A stretch of 64,000 bases of DNA from an uncultured Planctomycetaceae bacterium (lineage in GTDB: Bacteria; Planctomycetota; Phycisphaerae; SM23-33). Shown here in pieces: positions 1-7,605 of the stretch (position 1 is its first letter; each line of letters opens with the position of its first letter). The notes under the pieces are model-generated. The model saw only the letters and a list, made by a program, of their open reading frames with translations, searched no databases and was not told the origin of the DNA. The stretch is from assembly GCA_964428895.1 (NCBI GenBank), contig CAYRZU010000007.1:688-64687 (forward strand). Reading direction: 5' to 3'. Made by a program: the position numbers and the translations under genes.

Positions 1-319
1 TCGGGTCGACCTCGGGGTCCTCGGCCTTGACGGGGCTCTCGCCACGATTCAGCAGCGGGATCTTCCAATAGCTGCGCGTACTCGGCCGTTGACAGCCGAT
101 CACGAACTTGCTGGGCTTGCCCTTCTCGTCGACGGTGTCGGCCACGATGGCGGCCATGACGGCCCCCACGAAACCCACCCCCATGACCACCACAATCTCC
201 TGACCATCCTTGCGCGCCGCGTCGACCAGGCCCTCCAGCCTCGTCATCTCAGCGGCAAACTCCTCCTTGCCGGGGATCTCGAACTTCTCCCCAGCGGGGC
301 TTACGGAATACTCAGCCAT
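1..319 (-). CDS. Nucleotide-sugar dehydrogenase (UDP-glucose/GDP-mannose dehydrogenase family), N-terminal ~106 aa only; the gene runs off the window start
   Basis: Minus-strand translation from the ATG at 317-319 gives MAEYSVSPAGEKFEIPGKEEFAAEMTRLEGLVDAARKDGQEIVVVMGVGFVGAVMAAIVAD... This has a Rossmann GxGxxG motif and an ...NRGESPVKAEDPEV segment typical of UDP-sugar dehydrogenases. No stop codon is reached before position 1. The plus-strand track ORF 89..322 is read as its shadow. Confidence 0.55.
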   Translation of the reverse strand, partial: MAEYSVSPAGEKFEIPGKEEFAAEMTRLEGLVDAARKDGQEIVVVMGVGFVGAVMAAIVADTVDEKGKPSKFVIGCQRPSTRSYWKIPLLNRGESPVKAEDPEVDP

Positions 320-513
320 TGACTTGTCCTTTCAGTGCGGGACCTCATGTGAATCGGGGAATCCCGAATGATACAGCAGGAATGGGGGATTTGCGATTTT
401 CGATTTCTGATTTTCGATTGAACGACAAGGTGCCGCTCACCGCCAATCGCACGTCGGAAATGGGGCCGCTCTCACAGCCGATTCGCGACAGGCCCCTCGA
501 AGCCAACTAACGC

Positions 514-2040
514 CTATACGTCCACCGTCACGACCTTGGTGTCGGCCGCGGCGACGTAGGTGCCGTCGCGTTTGGCTTGCTCGCGTTCGGCTTTGCGTTC
601 CTGGATGATCTTACGGAAGACCTCAATCTCCACGCGCCAGCCCTTCATGGCTCGGCCCGACAATCGGCTGGTCTGCAACATCTCGAGGAGCTTGCTGGTG
701 AAGGACATCTTCCGACTCAGCACGGCCCGGAAGCTCCGGCCGTTCAGGTTGGTCCGGTAGAACCGGCGGTGGGCGTCGAAGAGCACGTCCTGGAAGTTTT
801 CGATGCCCAGGTGGCTGTGATCGTACAGGCAGTGCGTGCCGTCGAAGAAATCCCAGTCGCCCGGGAACTTCCGGAACAGCAGGTGCGGGCGATATTCGTC
901 GAACAGCGGCGTGCCCGGGAACGGCGTCAGGCACGAGAGCTGAATGGAGTTGATCTTGTTGCGCTGGCCGAACTCGAGAATGCCGTCCACGTGGGTCTGC
1001 TTGTGCTGCGGGCCGACCACGAACATGCCGTGAATCCAGATGCCGTTTTCCACGATGAGCTTCGTGTCGGTGGCAAGTCGCTCGGCCAGGGAAACGTCGC
1101 CCTTCTGGTAGCCCTTCTTCCAGCCCTTGGCGGTGGCCTCGTCGATGGTTTCGTAGCCGATGTAGAGGCTCTGGGCGCCGCCGCGGCGCATCAGCCGCAT
1201 CAGGTCCTTATCCAAACGCGTGCGGGAGGCGTCTTCCCACATGAAGTCGATGCGGCTCTGCGTGTTGAACCGCACGTTCATGGGGGCGATGCGGCGGAGG
1301 AGGTTCTTCAGCCACGGGCGGTTTGAGGTAAAATTGTCGTCGTAATAGAACAGCTGATTGAAGCCGCGGCCGGTATAGACCTTCAGGTCGTCGGCCACCT
1401 TTTGGACCGACTGCTGTCGCACGCGACGGCCGAACATGCGCGTCACCGAGCAGTACACGCACCCATAGGGGCAGCCCCGGCTGGTCATGGCGGGCAGTTC
1501 GTACAGTTCGTTGCGGTAGCAATGATCCAGCAGGTCTTCCTGGAAGCGGTGGATCAGGAAATGGTTCAGCGCGGGCAGTTCGTCGAGGTCTTCGACGGGC
1601 TCGCCCTCGTGGATGCCGTCTTCGACTTCCCCGGCCGCGATGGCCTCGATCATCCGCTCGCCTTCGCCGCGGCAAACGATGTCGGCGTGCTGGATCACTT
1701 CTTCGGGGACCATGGTCGCGTGCACGCCGCCCATGGCGATCTTCCCGGTGAAGCCATCCTCCCGCAGCTTGGCGGCGATGTCATAGCCCCGACCGGCGGT
1801 GGACGTCATGATGGTCAGACAGACCACGTCGGCGCTCTTCAGGTCGTCATAGACGACCGGGTCGGAATCGACCAAGCCGGAAATGTTCTCATTGAAAATG
1901 CGGACGTCGTAGCCGCGATTGTCCAGGATCGTCGCCAGCGTGATCGGCCCGACCAACGGCCAACGGGTGATCCAGACGTTCAGGGGGCGCGAGTGGCGCC
2001 CCTGCGGCTCGATAAACCGGATTTTCTTTCGGCTGAGCAT
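514..2040 (-). CDS. B12-binding-domain/radical SAM (class B) enzyme, probable methyltransferase
   Basis: 508 aa. Radical-SAM cluster motif CPYGCVYCSV (CxxxCxxC). An N-terminal cobalamin-binding-like Rossmann segment (DVVCLTIMTSTA...GGVHAT). The size is typical of class-B radical SAM methylases. Confidence 0.8.
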   Translation of the reverse strand: MLSRKKIRFIEPQGRHSRPLNVWITRWPLVGPITLATILDNRGYDVRIFNENISGLVDSDPVVYDDLKSADVVCLTIMTSTAGRGYDIAAKLREDGFTGKIAMGGVHATMVPEEVIQHADIVCRGEGERMIEAIAAGEVEDGIHEGEPVEDLDELPALNHFLIHRFQEDLLDHCYRNELYELPAMTSRGCPYGCVYCSVTRMFGRRVRQQSVQKVADDLKVYTGRGFNQLFYYDDNFTSNRPWLKNLLRRIAPMNVRFNTQSRIDFMWEDASRTRLDKDLMRLMRRGGAQSLYIGYETIDEATAKGWKKGYQKGDVSLAERLATDTKLIVENGIWIHGMFVVGPQHKQTHVDGILEFGQRNKINSIQLSCLTPFPGTPLFDEYRPHLLFRKFPGDWDFFDGTHCLYDHSHLGIENFQDVLFDAHRRFYRTNLNGRSFRAVLSRKMSFTSKLLEMLQTSRLSGRAMKGWRVEIEVFRKIIQERKAEREQAKRDGTYVAAADTKVVTVDV

Positions 2041-2169
2041 GTGGCTTCCGGGCCTAGAGCCCGACCTCGCTGGCTGGTTATGGAAAAACGCCCCGCACGC
2101 GAGCGGGGCAACTCATCGAGCGAACATAATAGCAGACAAAGTCGACAAATGCGAGACGGCGTCGCTGAA

Positions 2170-4290
2170 TTATGGCGAAACGCCGCGCCGCCGCCTCGGC
2201 CGCCAGAAGAGCTTCAGGCAGGCCGGTAGGAGGAGGATGTCGCCGACCGCGGCGGCGGTCATGGTGACGCCTATCAGTTCGGCGAAGCGGCGGGTGGGAA
2301 CGAAACTCGAGCCCAATAGCACGCTCATGCCGCCGACGATGATGATGGTGGTCAGGATGATGGCCCGGCCGGTCGTTCGATAGGTCCGGCCGATCGCCGC
2401 GGTCACGTCGCCGTCGACGGCGATCTCTCGGCGGAAGCGGGCCAGCGCGTGGACGCTGTCGTCGACGGCCATGCCCAGGCCGATCGAGAAGATGATGATG
2501 TTGGAGATGTTCATGTCGTAACCCCGCAGGCCGATGTAGCCCCAGGCGGCCGCCAGCGGCGCGGCGTTGGGGATCACCGCGATCAGCCCCATCCGCACCG
2601 ACCGGAACAACAGCCCGATCAGCGTCAGAATCACCACTGATGTGCCCACGAACGACAGCATGAACTCCCGGACCACCCACCGGATCACCCGGGCGTAGTC
2701 GACCGTCCGCCCCCCCAGCCGGGCCCGAACGTCCAGCCCGGCGAAGGCCGTGTTCAGGCCCGCCGTCAGGCGATCCGCCAACGCGCACATGCGGCGCGAG
2801 CCTTCGTAGTTGACGTTCAACGTCAGCGCGTGTCGGCTGGCTCGGCCAGTCGTGGGTTCGACTACGGCCCGGCCGGCGTCCCCGTTGGTGGGCTGCACCG
2901 CCAACACGCGGTCGGTCGCTTCGGCGAGCTCGGCGAACCGAGCGACCGCGGCATCCGTCTGGGGCGATTGCAGCGATTCGGCGTCGCCGGCCTCCAGCAC
3001 CACCCCCACTTCCGAAAAGCCGCCGAAATGGTTCTCGACAATATCGATGGCTTGGAGGATCGGATGATCGTCGTCATAAACCGCCGCCACGGAGGCGTTG
3101 ATTTTCGACCGCTGGCCCAGCCCCACGCACGCGGCCAACACCACCACGCCGATCAGCAACACCCACTTGGGCCGCCGCGAGGCCACCGACGACATGGCCA
3201 CCGCCGCCCGAGCTAACCAATCGTCGCCCGTGGCCCGAACCGGGGCCGGCCGCCGCGCCATCGGCAGCAGGCCGATCATCAGCCACAGCAACGCCAGATA
3301 TAGCAGCCCCAGCCCCACCACCGCCTGGCGGGCAAACGTGTGCAGCATCTCGGCCTGGGCCCCGCGCAGCGTGGCAAACCCAATCGCCGTGGTGGCCACC
3401 GTCAGCAAGCACGGCAAGGCCATCTGCCACAGCGTCCGCAGCGCCGCCCGGCGCGGCGAGAGCATGGTCAGCTCGCCCGTCTCGATATGCCGCGTCAGCA
3501 CGTGCACGCAGTTGGCCGTACCGATCGTGAACAGCACCGCCGGCAGAATGCTGCTGAGCAGGCCGAAGCTCTGACCGGTAACGGCCATGAAAACCATGAA
3601 CCACGCCATGGCCGCGGTGATCGTCACCAACGGCAAGGCCACGTCGATGGGTCTGCGAAACGCCACCACCAGCAGGATCGCAATCACCACCCCGGCCAGC
3701 GGCATCAGGCGGTGCTGGTCGGCCCGCAGGTCCTTCATAATCACCGCATGCACCGCGGGCCAACCGGCCTGATAGACCCGCCACCCCGCCGGGGGCGCTG
3801 ATCCCTTCAGCAACCGATCGACCTCACGCGATACGGATTGAGCGGCTGTCGGCTCGAGCCCATCCGGTTGAATCGCAATGCTCGCATATCGCCGATCGGC
3901 ACTAACGAGCTTGCCTTCCAGCCGAGCCAGCACCGCTGGCGACCTAGCCCCCGGGACCTCTGTCAACGCCCAGACGGTCTTGACCCGCGGCAACAACTTG
4001 ACCGCCTTGACGAACTCCCCCTGCCAGGCCAGGCCCTCCTCGCTTATCGCCGTCTCGCCACCCGGCGCCTCGGCCAACACAAACAACATCTCACTATCAT
4101 CGGACTTGACCAACGAACCGGCGTCCGAAAGCCGATGCTCGTATCCATCGAGAATGGCCCATGGCGAAAAATCGAATGCGATCTGCGGCGTCAGCGCCAC
4201 CCCCGCCAAGGCCACCAGCGCCGCCGCGGCCGTCAGCCACCAGCGACGCCGATACAAGAAGATGGACACCCGCCACCGCTTGATCGCCAC
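2170..4290 (-). CDS. MMPL/RND-superfamily membrane transporter (exporter)
   Basis: 706 aa with two blocks of about 5-6 hydrophobic helices, each preceded by a large soluble loop. This is MMPL-type topology. It has a GTG start with a GGAAGGGAAG Shine-Dalgarno upstream. It is tandem with the radical SAM gene. Confidence 0.7.
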   Translation of the reverse strand: MAIKRWRVSIFLYRRRWWLTAAAALVALAGVALTPQIAFDFSPWAILDGYEHRLSDAGSLVKSDDSEMLFVLAEAPGGETAISEEGLAWQGEFVKAVKLLPRVKTVWALTEVPGARSPAVLARLEGKLVSADRRYASIAIQPDGLEPTAAQSVSREVDRLLKGSAPPAGWRVYQAGWPAVHAVIMKDLRADQHRLMPLAGVVIAILLVVAFRRPIDVALPLVTITAAMAWFMVFMAVTGQSFGLLSSILPAVLFTIGTANCVHVLTRHIETGELTMLSPRRAALRTLWQMALPCLLTVATTAIGFATLRGAQAEMLHTFARQAVVGLGLLYLALLWLMIGLLPMARRPAPVRATGDDWLARAAVAMSSVASRRPKWVLLIGVVVLAACVGLGQRSKINASVAAVYDDDHPILQAIDIVENHFGGFSEVGVVLEAGDAESLQSPQTDAAVARFAELAEATDRVLAVQPTNGDAGRAVVEPTTGRASRHALTLNVNYEGSRRMCALADRLTAGLNTAFAGLDVRARLGGRTVDYARVIRWVVREFMLSFVGTSVVILTLIGLLFRSVRMGLIAVIPNAAPLAAAWGYIGLRGYDMNISNIIIFSIGLGMAVDDSVHALARFRREIAVDGDVTAAIGRTYRTTGRAIILTTIIIVGGMSVLLGSSFVPTRRFAELIGVTMTAAAVGDILLLPACLKLFWRPRRRRGVSP

Positions 4291-4292
4291 GG

Positions 4293-5045
4293 CTACTTCC
4301 CTTCCGCCAGTCCCTTGCTGGTCAGGAAATCATAGCTCTCGGCCAGAGCGTCGAACATATCGCCTTCAACCACGTCGAGTTCAACCACGGCCCATCGCAA
4401 CACATTGGGGTCCGTCCGCTCCAGGCAGCCGACGATGTCCATCTTGCCCTGGCCCAGCGGCGCCGAGGGGAACTTCGGCTCGATGGGCCCGTCCCGCAAG
4501 TGGATCACGGGCATGCGGCCGGCGTATTGCTCGATGACGGTTAGGTAGTCGGCCCCGGCGCAAGCGGCCCAGTACGGGTCGAATTCGGTCTGTAGCTTCG
4601 GACACAATTCGAACAACACCTCAAAGCCCACGCGTCCATTGACGCGCAACGCGAACTCGCCGTCATGGTTGTGCATGAACATGCCCATGCCAATCGATTC
4701 GAGTGTCTCGATGCCGGCGTTGATCTGCTCAGCTTCGGCTCTCAGGTCGTCGAAGGAGGCATCCTCAGGCAGGCCGCTGTGGCACATCATTGCCAGCCCC
4801 ATCGTCTGATAGGCTCCGATGCAGGTGTCGAAGCTCTCCCACTCCACGCCCGGATCCATCGACGAGCACAACTCCATGCCGACGTCCTCGACCATCGTGC
4901 GCCAGTCACGGGGCGAAAGCCCCAACAGCCCAACGGGCTCGACCGCCCGAAAGCCGATGTCGGCCACTCGCTTCAATGTGCCCGCGACGTCAGCTTGAAT
5001 CGTCTCCCGTAGCGTCCACAGATTCACACCAATCGGAGGAGCCAT
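4293..5045 (-). CDS. Sugar phosphate isomerase/epimerase (xylose isomerase-like TIM barrel) family protein
   Basis: 250 aa starting MAPPIGVNLWTLRE... The fold motifs match xylose-isomerase-like TIM barrels. It is paralogous to the next gene. Confidence 0.8.
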   Translation of the reverse strand: MAPPIGVNLWTLRETIQADVAGTLKRVADIGFRAVEPVGLLGLSPRDWRTMVEDVGMELCSSMDPGVEWESFDTCIGAYQTMGLAMMCHSGLPEDASFDDLRAEAEQINAGIETLESIGMGMFMHNHDGEFALRVNGRVGFEVLFELCPKLQTEFDPYWAACAGADYLTVIEQYAGRMPVIHLRDGPIEPKFPSAPLGQGKMDIVGCLERTDPNVLRWAVVELDVVEGDMFDALAESYDFLTSKGLAEGK

Positions 5046-5123
5046 GATCGATCTCCCAAAATGAAGCGCGGCGAGCCGCCCTGGCCCGCCGCGCTATTCA
5101 ATTCAAGCTTCTGAGACCTGGGC

Positions 5124-5870
5124 CTACTTGCCCGTACCCAAACCGTTGCTGGTCAGGAAGTCGATGCTCTGGGCAACCGCCTCCAGCATGTCGCCTTCGG
5201 CTTCGTCGAGCTCGACCACCGCCCACTTCAGGGCGCCGCCTTCAGCCGCCTTGAGGCAGCCGGCGATGTCGACCTTGCCCTGCCCGACGGCGGTCATGGG
5301 GCTGGCCGGTGAAATCGGGCCGTCCTTGACGTGCATCAGCGGCATGCGCGACCTGTAGCGGCTGATCACGTCCACCGGATCGGCCCCGCCGACCTGCACC
5401 CAATAGATGTCGGTTTCGGTCTGCAGCTTGGGGCACATCTCGAATAGCGTGTCGAACAGGCATTTGCCGTCGAACATCGCCTCGAACTCGCCGTTGTGGT
5501 TGTGCATGAACATGCTCATGCCCAGCGCGTCGAGCTTCTCGCACACCGCGTTGATGTCAGCCGCGGCCGCGGTGAGCTCGTCCAGCGTCGTGCCGCCGCC
5601 GAAGCCCATGTGGCTGACCATGTCCAGCCCTAAATCCTTGGCCGACTGAACGGCGCCGTCGAAATCGCTCATCACGTCCGGGCCGTGCGAACTGCTGACC
5701 TGCATGCCGAGGTCTTCGACCGCCTTGCGGACATCAGCGGCCGACATGTCGCCGAAACCGGCCGGCTCGACACCGGCATAGCCCATGTCGGCAATCTTCT
5801 TCAGCGTGCCCAGCATGTCCTGGGCGGTCTCTTCGCGAACGGAGTACAGTTGTACCGAAATAGGCGGCAT
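5124..5870 (-). CDS. Sugar phosphate isomerase/epimerase (xylose isomerase-like TIM barrel) family protein, tandem paralog
   Basis: Start chosen at the internal ATG (5868-5870, MPPISVQLYSVRE...), which has a GGAAGGA Shine-Dalgarno 9 nt upstream. The track ORF extends further 5' but has no SD. The protein aligns along its length with 4293..5045. Confidence 0.75.
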   Translation of the reverse strand: MPPISVQLYSVREETAQDMLGTLKKIADMGYAGVEPAGFGDMSAADVRKAVEDLGMQVSSSHGPDVMSDFDGAVQSAKDLGLDMVSHMGFGGGTTLDELTAAAADINAVCEKLDALGMSMFMHNHNGEFEAMFDGKCLFDTLFEMCPKLQTETDIYWVQVGGADPVDVISRYRSRMPLMHVKDGPISPASPMTAVGQGKVDIAGCLKAAEGGALKWAVVELDEAEGDMLEAVAQSIDFLTSNGLGTGK

Positions 5871-6476
5871 GGCTGGTGATCCTTCCATTTCTTGTGTTGT
5901 GTTGCCAAGTGTCCTATCGCCCGCGCGACGCGTCACCCACGGCCCAAAAGCCGAGAAACACGCCCCACGCGAACGCTGGAAGGTAGCCCCGCGACCGGCA
6001 CCTGTCAATCCGAACCGAACGTGTCATGACGAAAACGCCACCCCACCGTCAGCGCCACCCTCCAAGCCCATCGACTGCGTCGATGGGATCGCACCCGCAA
6101 ACCCAATGCGCGCAAAAAACGACAGACAGGCCCTATGGAGGCGATGGCCTGTCCGTCGCGACTCAAACCTTAGGTCCAGAGCCCTCACTTACCCTTACGG
6201 ACCCTCGGCGAATCAAAGAGCTACGTATGTTTGCCTGAACATCCTTGCGGCGACTTCTAGAAGTGTGCGTCTCGAATCGGTTGTCAGATATGCAACTCAA
6301 TTGATTATACGCGCGCCCTACAGGGACGACCTGAAAACCAATTACCACGGGTGAATTTTCTGCGCAAGTGAAGGCTGAATCGGCAAGAACACCTTTGTCA
6401 GACTTTGCGGCCGCATCTACAATGATCCCGAAACGCTCTGGGCGCCCCGGGCGGACAAGTCTATCAGATATCAGGG

Positions 6477-7583
6477 ATGACCATGTCAGACGCCTTGCTC
6501 GACACTCAGCCGGCCGAACTGCTCGTCAACTCGCATAATGAATGGGACCCGCTCGAAGAGGTCATTGTCGGGCGCGTCGCCGGCAGCGCCATGCCCCCCT
6601 GGCACGTCACGCTGAAGTCCACCGTCCCCCAGCGCGCCTGGGAAGTGCTGCAGGCGCTGTCAGGCAAGCCGGCGCCGCCGCCGTTCGTGACGGCCGCCCA
6701 GAAAGAGCTCGACACCTTCATTGACATCCTCGAGGCCGAAGGTGTGACCGTCCGCCGGCCGGACCTGATCCCCCAGGCCCGCCCGTTCGCCACGCCGGAT
6801 TGGGACTGCGAGGGCGGCTACAACATCGCCAACCCGCGCGACCTGCTGCTGGTGATCGGTGATGAGATCATCGAGACCGCCCCGGCCTGGCGGTCGCGCT
6901 ACTTCGAGGTCAATGCGTATCGGTCGTTGCTGATGGAATACTTCCGCGCCGGCGCCAAGTGGTCGGCCGCCCCCCGGCCGCGGTTGACCGATGATTTCTA
7001 CAATGACGATTACGAGGTCCCCGCCAAGAGCCAACCCCAACGGTACGCCATCAACGAGACGGAAGTCACCTTCGACGCCGCCGATTTCTGCCGATGCGGA
7101 CGGGACCTGTTCGTTACGCGAAGCAACGTCACCAACGATCTCGGCATCAAGTGGCTCGCCCGTCATCTCGGCGACGGCTATCGCATTCACACAATCGAAA
7201 CCAAGTCACGCCAGCCGATGCACATCGATACCACCTTCGTGCCGCTGGCGCCCGGCAAGGCGTTGATTAACCCCGAATACGTTGATACCGATCGGCTGCC
7301 GAGCGTGCTGGCCGAATGGGAGCTCCGCTACGCCCCCCTGCCGGTGGTCAACCCGGGTATGACCATCGATATGAGCAGCACCTGGCTGACCATGAACGTG
7401 CTGATGCTCGACCCCAAGCGCGTGATGGTCGAGGCCGCCCAGGAGCCGCTCATGCAGATGCTTCGGGACTGGGGCTTCGAGCCCGTCCCCTGCCCCTACC
7501 AGAACTACTACTACTTCGGCGGCGGCTTCCACTGCTCCACGCTCGATGTCCGCCGCCGCGGCGAACTGCAGTCCTACTTCTAG
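6477..7583 (+). CDS. L-arginine:glycine amidinotransferase (AGAT/StrB1) family amidinotransferase
   Basis: 368 aa with SHNEWDPLEEV near the N-terminus. The C-terminus GGGFHCSTLDVRRRGELQSYF contains the catalytic Cys and the VRRRG.LQSY signature of true amidinotransferases (AGAT-like). This distinguishes it from hydrolases of the same superfamily. Confidence 0.85.
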   Translation: MTMSDALLDTQPAELLVNSHNEWDPLEEVIVGRVAGSAMPPWHVTLKSTVPQRAWEVLQALSGKPAPPPFVTAAQKELDTFIDILEAEGVTVRRPDLIPQARPFATPDWDCEGGYNIANPRDLLLVIGDEIIETAPAWRSRYFEVNAYRSLLMEYFRAGAKWSAAPRPRLTDDFYNDDYEVPAKSQPQRYAINETEVTFDAADFCRCGRDLFVTRSNVTNDLGIKWLARHLGDGYRIHTIETKSRQPMHIDTTFVPLAPGKALINPEYVDTDRLPSVLAEWELRYAPLPVVNPGMTIDMSSTWLTMNVLMLDPKRVMVEAAQEPLMQMLRDWGFEPVPCPYQNYYYFGGGFHCSTLDVRRRGELQSYF

Positions 7584-7605
7584 TCGAGGCTGCGGGAGTC
7601 CGCCC

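Noticed and set aside
89-322. Plus-strand track ORF (77 aa, His/Gly-rich)
   Set aside because: The opposite strand encodes a convincing nucleotide-sugar dehydrogenase N-terminus with a Rossmann motif. The plus-strand ORF is a high-GC shadow frame with low-complexity composition.
514-4290. Calling the radical SAM/MMPL pair hpnP/hpnN (hopanoid 2-methylase and transporter) outright
   Set aside because: Only architecture and size support it. The MMPL protein is about 150 aa shorter than typical HpnN, and no other hopanoid genes are in the window. It is kept as a low-interest hypothesis rather than an annotation.
5871-6008. N-terminal 46-aa extension of the track ORF 5124..6008
   Set aside because: The internal ATG at 5870 has a GGAAGGA ribosome-binding site and aligns with the paralog's start. 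The extension has no homology to the paralog.
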